This document shows positions 29,672 through 39,349 of a stretch of 64,000 bases of DNA, piece by piece. The stretch is from Vallitaleaceae bacterium (GTDB lineage: Bacteria; Bacillota; Clostridia; Lachnospirales; Vallitaleaceae). The DNA lies in NCBI GenBank assembly GCA_963677625.2, contig CAXXSW010000003.1, positions 25,594 to 89,593 of the forward strand, given 5' to 3'. The notes under the pieces were generated by a model, which searched no databases, was not told where the DNA came from, and saw nothing but the letters and a program-made list of their open reading frames with translations. The translations under genes were made by a program, and so were the position numbers. Each line of letters begins with the position of its first letter. Positions within the stretch are counted from its first letter, which is position 1.

Positions 29672-30397
29672 CTAAAGACTTTTTAAATATTTAACAGACC
29701 TTTCCATACTAGGCATAATATCGTCGCCTCGTGTTTCCTGTTCATAAATAAAAATTCCATTAGGTTTAAGGTTCATGACTTTTCCAAAGTCAATAATTCC
29801 CCTATCAGCAGATACGTTGTCTTTAGAAACCATATCCTTAATCTGCTTCAAATGAATCATTGGGCACCTGTCCAAATGTCCTTCTAAATACTCAAGAGGG
29901 TTAAGCCCTGCATGCGCAATCCAGTATAGGTCTGGTTGCTGTAAGAGGTTTCCATCTTCCACTAGTTCAAAGAGATAATCAATTAACAGCTGATTATTTT
30001 CTTCAACAAATTCATGACTATGATTATGGTAGCAAAGAGGAAGTCCTACTTTCTTGCTAATAGCTCCAGCCCTATTTAATGTCTCAGCCAATTTTTTTAT
30101 ATCAGTTTTGGATGCCACTGGAGCATAAGGACAAACGATAAAAGAAGCTCCTAAAGTTTTCAGAATATCTAACTGATGATCTAAGTCCTTTTCAAGAAGC
30201 TCAAGAGAAACATGGGCCGATACACATTCAAGTCCCAGTTCATCCAGCTTTTCTCTAATTATCTTAGGATCAAAGTCATAGTATCCTGCAAACTCTACAC
30301 CGTCATAGCCCATATCTTTAAGTTTTTCCAATGTCATCATAAAATCTTTCTCAAGATAATCACGAACCGAGTATAGTTGTGCATGTACTTTAATCAT
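29672..30397 (-). CDS. Second sugar-phosphate isomerase/epimerase-family TIM barrel
   Basis: QLYSVRD, GYDGVEFAG, YHNHSHEF, DLYW, HLKQ, YEQE. Confidence 0.88.
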   Translation of the reverse strand: MIKVHAQLYSVRDYLEKDFMMTLEKLKDMGYDGVEFAGYYDFDPKIIREKLDELGLECVSAHVSLELLEKDLDHQLDILKTLGASFIVCPYAPVASKTDIKKLAETLNRAGAISKKVGLPLCYHNHSHEFVEENNQLLIDYLFELVEDGNLLQQPDLYWIAHAGLNPLEYLEGHLDRCPMIHLKQIKDMVSKDNVSADRGIIDFGKVMNLKPNGIFIYEQETRGDDIMPSMERSVKYLKSL

Positions 30398-30405
30398 GTC
30401 TCCTC

Positions 30406-31482
30406 CTAAAAGTAAATGGTTTGTCCACTTGCTGCTGATTCATAAATAGCTTCCAATATTTCAGTAACAACTAAAGCCTGTTCTGGTGTTACGACTAAAT
30501 CTCCTCCATCAGTAACTGCCTTATAGAAGGTTTTTGCCTCAATAACTTCTGGTCTGTCACCTCCACCTTCATAGAAATCAACACCTGCTCCTCCCAAATC
30601 TGGTTTTTTTATAGAAAGTTTACCTAGATCTGCAAAGTTATAGCGAAGTCCGTCCTTCATATCTGCTCCTGCTTTAGTACCGCAAAGAGTTGTCTTTGCT
30701 TCACCTATATCTAATGTATTTAGAGCCCATGATGATTCAAGAATAATGGTTGCACCATTCTTCATCTTAATGAATCCAAAAGCTGAATCCTCAACTGTAA
30801 ATTGATCTGTTTCCCAATCTCCAAAGGCATTTCCTGTTTCTGTTTGGTCACCTAATTTTTTATATACAGAACCTGATACACTTTCAACCTCATAGTTGTC
30901 CATTGCCCAAAGGGTTAGGTCAAGAGCATGAGTTCCTATATCAATAAGAGGTCCCCCACCTTGCTCTTCTTCATTAAGAAATACACCCCAAGTCGGAACA
31001 GCACGTCTTCGAATGGCATGGGCTTTAGCAAAGTAAATATCACCAAGGTCACCTCTTCTACAAGCTTTGTATAGATGAGTTGAATCTTCTCTGTAGCGGT
31101 TTTGATAACCAACACTAAGAATTTTACCTGTTTTTTTTGCAACCTCAACCATTGTTCTTGCATCCGCTGCGGTTTTTGCCATAGGCTTTTCACACAATAC
31201 ATGTTTATCACTTTCCATAGCAGCAATGGAAATATCCTTATGGGATTTGTTTGGTGTACACACATGCACGGCTACGATAGACTTATCTTTAAGAAGCTCA
31301 TTATAGTCGGTATAGAATTTAGCACCTTCTGAACCAAATTTTTCACAGGCTTCCTTTGCCTTTTCTTCCACAATATCACAAAAGGCTACCATCTCAACAT
31401 GGTCAAGCTTAGTCAGCGCTGGCATATGTTTGTTATTTGCGATTCCACCACATCCAATAATTCCTACTTTTACTTTTTTCAT
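30406..31482 (-). CDS. Gfo/Idh/MocA family oxidoreductase (YcjS/YfiI-like)
   Basis: VGIIGCGGIA, HVLCEKPMA, RRRAVPTWGVF, GGGPLIDIGTHALDL; start moved to ATG 31482 (GGAGG RBS). Confidence 0.92.
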   Translation of the reverse strand: MKKVKVGIIGCGGIANNKHMPALTKLDHVEMVAFCDIVEEKAKEACEKFGSEGAKFYTDYNELLKDKSIVAVHVCTPNKSHKDISIAAMESDKHVLCEKPMAKTAADARTMVEVAKKTGKILSVGYQNRYREDSTHLYKACRRGDLGDIYFAKAHAIRRRAVPTWGVFLNEEEQGGGPLIDIGTHALDLTLWAMDNYEVESVSGSVYKKLGDQTETGNAFGDWETDQFTVEDSAFGFIKMKNGATIILESSWALNTLDIGEAKTTLCGTKAGADMKDGLRYNFADLGKLSIKKPDLGGAGVDFYEGGGDRPEVIEAKTFYKAVTDGGDLVVTPEQALVVTEILEAIYESAASGQTIYF

Positions 31483-31651
31483 AAAAACCTCCCAATTGAC
31501 TTGTTTGTATGTTAAACGTCGTTTTATCTTCAATTCTATTATAGACATACTGAAAAAACTATAATATAATTGAACTGCCAAAAAATATCAATATTTTGTC
31601 ATTATAAAATATTCTAAGTAAGTTCTTGTCTTTGACTGGAGGAAAATCAAT

Positions 31652-32548
31652 ATGAACGTCTATTTTGAAGATACTAAATTTATTGATAACGATATAGTTT
31701 ATCCCTTTAATTGCCATGTACAAGTCAATCACGGCCAGCAAATAGCAGCTTGGCCTCACTTTCACAAAAATATCGAAATTCTGTATTGTGTATCTGGATC
31801 TTTTCAGATACTCCTAGATGGTATAGAACATATTCTGGAAAAAGAAGATATGATTATCATCAACTCGATGGAAACTCATACCTGTTATTCTTTGTCTGAT
31901 GAAGATAATGCCTATCTAGTTATACGTTTTGAACCTGAGCTACTCTATACCTCTAAGGAAAGTATTTTTGAATCCAAATATGTTCTCCCCTTCACCATCA
32001 AGGCTTCGACCCACCAAAAGCTCTTTAAGGAACCGGAAATCAAGGATACTTTTATTCCCGACCTTTTACATAAGATCATCACCGAACATAGGAAAAAGGA
32101 GTATGGTTTTGAATTAGCCATACGAAATCATATCAGTCAAATTTTCCTTTGGGTCCTAAGAAAATGGCACCACAACAATGTAAACCTTAACATAGATAGC
32201 GGCCTCAATGCATCCATTATTGAGCGTCTCCAAAAAACTTTTGATTATGTGGAACAACATTATGCAGAGGATATCAATGTAAAATCTATGGCCGAGCTTT
32301 GCAACATGTCCTACTCCTACTTTTCCAGATTCTTTAAGTCTAAAATGCAACAGAGTTTTTCTGACTATTTAAGCTTTATCAGGGTCACCAAGGCTTCCAA
32401 CCTTCTGACCACTTCTGATCTTAGCATTACCGAAATCGGGTCTTCCGTGGGCTTTTCAACCACCTCTTACTTCATCAGTAAGTTTAAAGAAGTCAAATTC
32501 ATGACACCACTACAATATAGAAAGGCTTTCGACAATATGGTTTCATAA
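31652..32548 (+). CDS. AraC-family regulator with cupin sensor domain, divergent from the sugar cluster
   Basis: WPHFHKNIEI cupin; C-terminal double HTH ending GFSTTSYFISKFK. Confidence 0.92.
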   Translation: MNVYFEDTKFIDNDIVYPFNCHVQVNHGQQIAAWPHFHKNIEILYCVSGSFQILLDGIEHILEKEDMIIINSMETHTCYSLSDEDNAYLVIRFEPELLYTSKESIFESKYVLPFTIKASTHQKLFKEPEIKDTFIPDLLHKIITEHRKKEYGFELAIRNHISQIFLWVLRKWHHNNVNLNIDSGLNASIIERLQKTFDYVEQHYAEDINVKSMAELCNMSYSYFSRFFKSKMQQSFSDYLSFIRVTKASNLLTTSDLSITEIGSSVGFSTTSYFISKFKEVKFMTPLQYRKAFDNMVS

Positions 32549-32566
32549 TACATACTCACCTATTAT

Positions 32567-34147
32567 TTATTCAAGTCTCTCAAAAAGTGGTTTTACAGCT
32601 TCCAGTTTTCTGCCAAAATCAGGCTCAATAATCTGCCAGCTTGAATTAAAACCTAACAAGACTTCTAACTTCTCGGATGAAAAGGGTATAAAAGGCTTAA
32701 GAATTTGGGCCAGATTAATAATTAGGTAAATACAGCCTGCAATCGTATTGTCTGCAATATCCCTTTCATTTTTTATAGTAATCCAAGGCTTGTTTTCATC
32801 AAAATATTTATTAGCAAAACGCACTAATTCAAAAGCTTCTTGAATACCTGTCTTTACATTACCGACTTCTATTGCTTTACCCGTTTTTTCATAAGTTACT
32901 TCTATCTTTCTGGTCAATGCTGGGTTTAGGTCTCCTCGTGGAACTTCTGACTTATAGTATCTCTCTACAAACTTTAAGACCCTATTAACAAAGTTGCCAT
33001 ATCCACCTAAAAGTTCACTATTATTAGCATATTTTAATTCCCTAGATGAAAAATCCGAATCTCGTCGTTGAGGATATATGGTTGTCAAGTAATAACGGAT
33101 GGTATCCGGATTATAGCTTTCAATAAGGTCATTGACCCAAAGTGCCCAATCATTACTAGTAGAAATCTTGCTACCTTCCAAGGTCAAATGTTCACTGGAT
33201 ACAATGACATGTGGCTGAGAATCATAAGCTCCGTGAGCTTTCAATAATGATGGAAGAATAATGGTATGAAATGGAATATTGTCCTTTCCATGAACAAAAT
33301 AACGTTTTGCTTCACCTGACCAATAATCTTTCCAGTCAAGTCCGACCCTATCACAATGTAACTTGTTCCCTGATAGGTATCCAAGAACATTCTCCGCCCA
33401 TATATATATCTTTTTCTGGTCATATCCTTCTTTAGGTACATCAATTCCCCAATCAAGATTTCTAGTAATGGCCCTATCTCTTAGACCATCATCCAAATAT
33501 CTCTTAGTAAAATCCAGGGCATTTTTTCTCCAATAAACCGCTTTTTCAAGTAAGTGGCGAATGTGTTTATCCAGTTTACTAATGGTCAGATACAAGTGCT
33601 TTTCCTGTATGAATTCTGGTTGGCTGTGGCATTCTCTACATCTTGGTTCAATGAGGTCATTTCCTTGAAGGACTTCATGACAATGATCACACTGTTCTCC
33701 TTTTGTTACTCCATTACAATGGGGACAAGTACCTTCCAATAAACGATCAGCCAAAAACTTTTGACAACTTGGACAATATGCCTGCGGCTCCTCTTTCTCA
33801 ACAATATACGGACTTTCATAGAGTTTCCTATGGAAGTCCCTGACAAAAGATTTATGACTATCACTAGAAGTCTTCCCATAATGATCATAAGAGAAACCTA
33901 AATAATCGAATCCTTTTACAAACTCCTCATGATACCTATCACTAATGGCTTCTGGTGATTCTCCTGTCTTTTTGGCCTTGATTGTGATAGGTGTCCCATG
34001 ACAATCACTTCCAGAGATATAGGATACCTCTTCACCTCTCTGTCTGTAGTATCTAGCTATGATATCACCAGGTAATAAACCAGCAACATGCCCAATATGC
34101 AAGGATCCATTAGCATAAACCCAGGCACCTCCAACTAAAATTTTCAT
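32567..34147 (-). CDS. metG: Methionine--tRNA ligase, short MetRS2-type form
   Basis: GGAWVYANGSLHIGH, GSDCHGTP, Zn knuckle with four CxxC, GKDNIPFH, KISTS; no C-terminal tRNA-binding domain. Confidence 0.95.
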   Translation of the reverse strand: MKILVGGAWVYANGSLHIGHVAGLLPGDIIARYYRQRGEEVSYISGSDCHGTPITIKAKKTGESPEAISDRYHEEFVKGFDYLGFSYDHYGKTSSDSHKSFVRDFHRKLYESPYIVEKEEPQAYCPSCQKFLADRLLEGTCPHCNGVTKGEQCDHCHEVLQGNDLIEPRCRECHSQPEFIQEKHLYLTISKLDKHIRHLLEKAVYWRKNALDFTKRYLDDGLRDRAITRNLDWGIDVPKEGYDQKKIYIWAENVLGYLSGNKLHCDRVGLDWKDYWSGEAKRYFVHGKDNIPFHTIILPSLLKAHGAYDSQPHVIVSSEHLTLEGSKISTSNDWALWVNDLIESYNPDTIRYYLTTIYPQRRDSDFSSRELKYANNSELLGGYGNFVNRVLKFVERYYKSEVPRGDLNPALTRKIEVTYEKTGKAIEVGNVKTGIQEAFELVRFANKYFDENKPWITIKNERDIADNTIAGCIYLIINLAQILKPFIPFSSEKLEVLLGFNSSWQIIEPDFGRKLEAVKPLFERLE

Positions 34148-34271
34148 CTTTTTTCCTCCTTGTTAGTATTATATCCTCAGACCATGAAAATAGGGTTACC
34201 ATGGTAGCTATTACATTCACTCACATGAAAAATAGTTCTTTCGCCTCGTTCGTTTTACGCTTGTTGCGCTT

Positions 34272-34334
34272 GGAAAGTTTCCTTGACATTTTATGAGATG
34301 TTTCTACTCATAAAATTCAAATAGAGAACTTTCC
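34272..34334. repeat. Nested palindromic repeat element, copy 3 (63 bp) inside the metG leader
   Basis: Left arm GGAAAGTTTCCTTG identical to copy 2, right arm AATAGAGAACTTTCC identical to copy 1; different inner 10-bp stem ATTTTATGAG/CTCATAAAAT with 9-nt loop. Confidence 0.8.
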
Positions 34335-34337
34335 TAT

Positions 34338-34632
34338 AAATAAAAAACTCCCGTCTCTAGAACAAAGTTCTAAAGGACGAGAGTTATATTCGCGGTACCA
34401 CCTTTATTTATTCGTATATCACTACACGAACCTCTTCGAGTACGCAGGAAACCTGTTATACCCTATCGCTATAACGGGCGAGACCCGTGGTAGCCTAAAA
34501 CATAAGTTCTCGGTACCCGACTCCAAGGCCATTTTCACTCTAATAAACATTATCTGCTTTCACCATATACAGACTCTCTGAGAATGTTGCCTAAAGTTAC
34601 TTTCCTTTTCACAGTCTTTATTGAATGTAAAA
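34338..34632 (-). ncRNA. T-box riboswitch, Met (AUG) specifier
   Basis: Stem I with AGUA, AGAGA and GGUG motifs; specifier GAAAAUGG (AUG at 34532-34530); T-box AAAGGUGGUACCGCG at ~34391-34405; terminator 34346-34385 with U tract. Confidence 0.95.
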
Positions 34633-34641
34633 CTTGTATGT

Positions 34642-34670
34642 ATTTTACTCCAGTTTTACTGCCTTGTCAA
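34642..34670 (-). promoter_or_regulatory. sigma-A promoter of the metG leader
   Basis: TTGACA (34670-34665)-17-TAAAAT (34647-34642). Confidence 0.85.
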
Positions 34671-34712
34671 CTAAACCTTTATAAATAACTCAATATAGTA
34701 CTTTAACCACAC

Positions 34713-36188
34713 CTATTCATATCCATAATACTCTTTCTTAACTTCAATAAGCATATCAATGGCAGGCTCTCTGCCATAAAATTCCTTCTCTAGGAGTTCT
34801 TGTAGCTTAAGCATATCATTCAGAGTCAATACAGGATAATCTGATAACCCCATTGTTTGGTCAGGCAACATAGCATAATGAAGATCACCTTCTTCATTGG
34901 GCCATAAATCTTGGGTAAACCTAATACCTTTTAGCATATGCATAGCTATATCAAAATAATCATAGTTCTCTTCTTCAAGAAAGAGATTTAAAAACATCGA
35001 TATGGCATGAATTTGATGATTTAAGCTGGTGTGAACAGGAAGATCTCCTAATCCATCATGATAATAATCATAGACCAACCATCCTTCACCATTTTCACCG
35101 AAAGAAAAATGATGATTCACAGCATGACTTAAATAATAATAAGCTAAAAGCAAATACGCCTCCCTATAACTGCTATTACCATATTTTTGGTAGGACTCCA
35201 AATAGGTACTTATCATATCTCCATTAAATCGCGTATCAAAAAATCCATCCTCAATACCATAGTCCTCATATAACCAATTACTTCTAGGCAACGTCGCAAA
35301 ATATCCCTCACTATTTATATTTTTTATCCCAACATCAAGCCAACCTTTTGCAAGTAGTTCTTCTGCCAAGGAATTACCACCCTCAACAAAATGAGTGACC
35401 AGATACATAGAAGGAATTCTCCAGTATGCTTGTTTATCTGTTGGTAAATAGGACTCTGGACTTCGATAATAATAGCCATCTTCAAGAAATCTGGCCTTAT
35501 TAACAAAATCATAGGATGCAAAACGACTTTCAATGCTAGTATCATTAAAATCCAATAATTTCTGCTCTGAGCTTATTCCCCAAATCACGTGGTCTACATA
35601 TGGTTGTGACTGGAAGTTATAGGTAAAAGACCAATTACCTTCATCCAATTCTAAACTTATATCCATACGAATTTCATCTTGACTCTTTCTGGTTCCGTAT
35701 CCCATATCTATATAAGAATCCGGTCTTGAAAACATATAAGATCTCTTATCTGTAACGATAAAAATATAATCTTCAAGCTTAATTTCCTGCGGTAGAACTT
35801 CAATTGATTTCCAATGATCTTGATCCATTATATATATATCAAGTATTTGTCCTTCTAAAGGAAGCTCCTGCTGAATCTTCTGTTCTTGATCAGTCGAAGG
35901 GATTTTGATTGCCCAAAAATCACCCTTATCATATTTACTGTATGAATATCCATCTTTTCCCACAAGAAAAAAAGGGTAATTAACTGACATACGATCCTGT
36001 GAAACTAAATCAGTTTCACTGTCATCAGCCTTACTATCACCCTGATTGGATGGTTCCTTGACGGAACCACTATCTTCTATTAATCCTACTTGTACATATT
36101 CTTTTTCAGCCAGTTGACTCTTACCTATATAAGTAACCCCAACTAAAGTGGATAGGGATAGAATCAATATTATCCATACTTTTTTCAT
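34713..36188 (-). CDS. Hypothetical membrane-anchored/secreted protein; C-terminal helical domain possibly alpha/alpha toroid
   Basis: N-terminal hydrophobic anchor, acidic linker, C-terminal DTRFN, HTSLNHQIH, GDLHYA, SDYP motifs. Confidence 0.6.
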   Translation of the reverse strand: MKKVWIILILSLSTLVGVTYIGKSQLAEKEYVQVGLIEDSGSVKEPSNQGDSKADDSETDLVSQDRMSVNYPFFLVGKDGYSYSKYDKGDFWAIKIPSTDQEQKIQQELPLEGQILDIYIMDQDHWKSIEVLPQEIKLEDYIFIVTDKRSYMFSRPDSYIDMGYGTRKSQDEIRMDISLELDEGNWSFTYNFQSQPYVDHVIWGISSEQKLLDFNDTSIESRFASYDFVNKARFLEDGYYYRSPESYLPTDKQAYWRIPSMYLVTHFVEGGNSLAEELLAKGWLDVGIKNINSEGYFATLPRSNWLYEDYGIEDGFFDTRFNGDMISTYLESYQKYGNSSYREAYLLLAYYYLSHAVNHHFSFGENGEGWLVYDYYHDGLGDLPVHTSLNHQIHAISMFLNLFLEEENYDYFDIAMHMLKGIRFTQDLWPNEEGDLHYAMLPDQTMGLSDYPVLTLNDMLKLQELLEKEFYGREPAIDMLIEVKKEYYGYE

Positions 36189-36240
36189 AAATTTAGTAGT
36201 TTTATCTATGCTCCTTTGTTTTTGAGATCTAACGAGAGGC

Positions 36241-36576
36241 CTAAATTGTTATTGCTTTATCTGCACTCATCATAATGTCTACAATCTCTGCCATATTACT
36301 TCTTCTTCCTACTTTTAGTTCCTGAATACCATAGTGGTCAAGACAAGTACCACAGGCAATTATTTCGACTCCGGATTCCTCTAGACCCATGAGGGCATCT
36401 AAGTACTCTGATTCCTTACCAAGTAATTCTACTCCACCATTATAAAAGATCATCATGTCCGGTTTGTCTTTTTTAGCCCATACTTTTTTTAAAAATGCAC
36501 CTATAAGTATACTTCCAAGGTTATCATCACCTTGTCCCATTCCTTTATTGTTAATTATAAAAATTGTTTGCATCAT
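36241..36576 (-). CDS. yedF: YedF-like DsrE-family sulfurtransferase (selenium-metabolism type), no TusA domain
   Basis: GMGQGDDNLGSILIGAFL, FYNGGVEL, IIACGTCLDHYG, SNMAEIV. Confidence 0.8.
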   Translation of the reverse strand: MMQTIFIINNKGMGQGDDNLGSILIGAFLKKVWAKKDKPDMMIFYNGGVELLGKESEYLDALMGLEESGVEIIACGTCLDHYGIQELKVGRRSNMAEIVDIMMSADKAITI

Positions 36577-36618
36577 TTCCCTCCACAACTTATTTTATAA
36601 ATATTTTACCATAGAATT

Positions 36619-38280
36619 TTATTTTTTAACATAGAACCACGCCAAATCACCAAATTCATCTTTTCTATATAGGCTATAGGTTGTATCTGTCACTTCATGC
36701 ATTTCTTTTAAGCGATAAGCAATCTTCATATATGTTTCATACGATTTTTTAGCTTTTTCCTTATTATAAGATTTCACTTTATAGTCTTTAGCCTTCAACA
36801 TACTATCCAAGTCAAAAGAATCCAGATACTTACCAGCTAATTGGGCTTTTTCATTATGACTCCAGTTTCCTGTTTCGCACTCTACACTATAATCTTGAAG
36901 GAAGAGGTAGCCGTAATCAGCAATAAACTCAATAGCATTTATAATAAAATCATAGGTTATGTCATCTAATAAATAATGAAAGTTTAACCTAACCCACCCC
37001 GGTTTAATGGCTTCACATCCTTCTTTAATAAGCTTACGATACTGTTCTGATTTTTCAGGTATAATTCCCAAAAGCAAGTGGCCATAGGGACCTGCACAGG
37101 AACATCCTGCCCGTGACTGTATACCAAAAAGATCGTTCAATAAGGTAGTGACAAAGCGTGGATGGAGGTAACCGTCTTTATATTTCACATTAAAAGAAAG
37201 AATACCCAAACGATTTTCCATGTCTTTTGGACCTATCATTTCAATCTTAGAATCTTTAGTCAATCGTTGGATAGAACGGCTAATATAGATAGATTCTAGC
37301 TCTTCAATCCTATCAATCCCAACTGCATTTTTCACTTCTAAGGTAGCTGCTGCCCTTAGGGTTTGAAAAATACCAGGTGTACCAGCGTCTTCTCTGCTTT
37401 CGATATCCTTAATAAAGTCATAGCTGTGAGAACTGACGTATTCTACAGTTCCTCCTCCAGCACAAGTTGGTCCCACTTCCTGATTATAAATGTCCTTTCT
37501 AAAAAGAAGGAGTCCATTCGATCCAGGTCCTCCAATAAACTTATGTGGTGATAGGTATACCGCATCGTAATAGCAACCATCTCTTTGAACCAGTTCAATA
37601 TTAACATAAGGTCCAGATGCCGCAAAATCAAAGAATACTAGGCCACCATACTGATGCATAATCCTAGTGATGTCTTTAACAGGGGACTTCATACCAGTCA
37701 CATTTGAAGCAGCTGAAAAAGCACCAATTTTAATTCTGTCCTTATATTTAGGGTCTGAAATCTGATTTTCTAAATCTGCGGTTGAAAACTTACCTCCATC
37801 AGTAAGTCCAATCTCAACAACTTCAGCATTGCCTTCTTTCCATATCAACTCATTAGAATGATGTTCATAAGGTCCAACAAAAATTATAGGCCTATTTGGA
37901 TTGTAGTATTTAGAATCTTTATCATATTTGATACGAGTTGCTGGGGCTTCATATATACCAATAATCTGGGCCAGACGTTGAATAGCACCAGTTGTACCAT
38001 TTCCAACACTGAGAACCACATAATGATCATCTGCCTTTAGAAGTTCTTTAATTCTTTCTCTCGCTTCATGATATAACTTTGTTGTCTGCATACCTAAAAA
38101 GCAGTCCTCAGTATGGGTATTTGCATAAGTCTCGCCAATTTTTCTCATATAATCTTCGACAAACTTAAGATTTCTGCCTGATGCTGTATAATCCGCATAA
38201 GTCATCAAGCGGTCACCGTAAGGGGTCTTAATACAAGTGTTTCCACCAATAACTTCATTTCTTAACCAATCCAAATTCAT
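36619..38280 (-). CDS. Class V PLP-dependent aminotransferase-fold enzyme (SufS/cysteine desulfurase-like, long form)
   Basis: YADYTASGR, GPYEHHSNEL, SAASNVTG, FDFAASGPY, SPHKFIGGPG (PLP Lys), GTPG, RAGCSCAGPYG. Confidence 0.88.
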   Translation of the reverse strand: MNLDWLRNEVIGGNTCIKTPYGDRLMTYADYTASGRNLKFVEDYMRKIGETYANTHTEDCFLGMQTTKLYHEARERIKELLKADDHYVVLSVGNGTTGAIQRLAQIIGIYEAPATRIKYDKDSKYYNPNRPIIFVGPYEHHSNELIWKEGNAEVVEIGLTDGGKFSTADLENQISDPKYKDRIKIGAFSAASNVTGMKSPVKDITRIMHQYGGLVFFDFAASGPYVNIELVQRDGCYYDAVYLSPHKFIGGPGSNGLLLFRKDIYNQEVGPTCAGGGTVEYVSSHSYDFIKDIESREDAGTPGIFQTLRAAATLEVKNAVGIDRIEELESIYISRSIQRLTKDSKIEMIGPKDMENRLGILSFNVKYKDGYLHPRFVTTLLNDLFGIQSRAGCSCAGPYGHLLLGIIPEKSEQYRKLIKEGCEAIKPGWVRLNFHYLLDDITYDFIINAIEFIADYGYLFLQDYSVECETGNWSHNEKAQLAGKYLDSFDLDSMLKAKDYKVKSYNKEKAKKSYETYMKIAYRLKEMHEVTDTTYSLYRKDEFGDLAWFYVKK

Positions 38281-38347
38281 AAGAGCTCCTCCAGCCTATA
38301 ATCTAATTTCCTAACTATATTATACGATAGAATGTACCCTTAAGAAA

Positions 38348-38380
38348 ACCGCCTAATTGTATGACATACAATTAGGCGGT
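38348..38380 (-). terminator. Intrinsic terminator after the DUF975 gene
   Basis: 16-bp perfect arms ACCGCCTAATTGTATG/CATACAATTAGGCGGT, minus-strand TTTTCTTA tail. Confidence 0.8.
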
Positions 38381-38400
38381 CCCTTACAACTATTACACCA

Positions 38401-39156
38401 CTATACTTCTTCTATTTCTTCAGGTGGCATAAAGCCAAGTTCTTCATAAGAACACACACCTTCTTCCAAAGCCTTTTCACGTAGGGAACGGTATAACTCT
38501 GCATGAGTTGCATAGTAGTAAGGGTATACAAAAAGCATACCGACACAGCATGCCAAAAATCCTAAGATATACCAGCCGATAAAGGATAAGTCAAGAATAA
38601 ACATATCCATTTTTTCACCATTAGTCATTTCCTTACTCAATTCAATAGCTCTATCATAGTCCATATCAGGGTTATCAGCCAATAAGTAAGGAACCATAGC
38701 ATAAGCATATGTCTTAATGATTCCAGGAATAATCAAAAGTAAACTCCATAGAAAAACGAATAGGTCCTTAAAGAACATAGTCTTAACCACATTCATATAT
38801 CTACCTTTTTTAAATCCGTGACCAATCAATCCAAACTCAACAATATCATTAGTACCAGCAGCTTCAGCTTGTGATAAAAAGTATCTTCTTCCACCTACAA
38901 CCAATGGATTACTAACAAAAATTTGAAATACTATTGCCAAAGCTGCAATGACTAATACTATACCAACAATCATCAGTATAATTGCAGGTTCTGCATTATC
39001 AACATAACCGCCTTCATTTCGCCAGGTACTTCCGCCTCCGCCACTACCGCCTCCGCCGCTTAGGAATACAAGAATCAATGACACTCCAAATGCCTTCCAA
39101 TAGTTACCTTTTAATGCAATTTTAGCTCTTTCTTTTAATTCAGCACTTGTCCACAT
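38401..39156 (-). CDS. DUF975 family membrane protein
   Basis: ELKERAKIALKGNYW, LWSLLLIIPGIIKTYAYAMVPY, SKEMTNGEKMDMFILDLSFIGW. Confidence 0.92.
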   Translation of the reverse strand: MWTSAELKERAKIALKGNYWKAFGVSLILVFLSGGGGSGGGGSTWRNEGGYVDNAEPAIILMIVGIVLVIAALAIVFQIFVSNPLVVGGRRYFLSQAEAAGTNDIVEFGLIGHGFKKGRYMNVVKTMFFKDLFVFLWSLLLIIPGIIKTYAYAMVPYLLADNPDMDYDRAIELSKEMTNGEKMDMFILDLSFIGWYILGFLACCVGMLFVYPYYYATHAELYRSLREKALEEGVCSYEELGFMPPEEIEEV

Positions 39157-39349
39157 AATTTCCTCCACTATATCTTAAACGCTAACTGCCACCTCATTTA
39201 TCTACACTAACATTATAGCAAGAAGGAAGAACCTATCAATAATTTTTGCACCAATCCCTATGTCTTATATACTCATTTGTCAAAATATGTGTCTTAATCA
39301 TCTTCATATTTTTTATTATCTTCTCCTATAGAATCTACCTCCTATAAGC

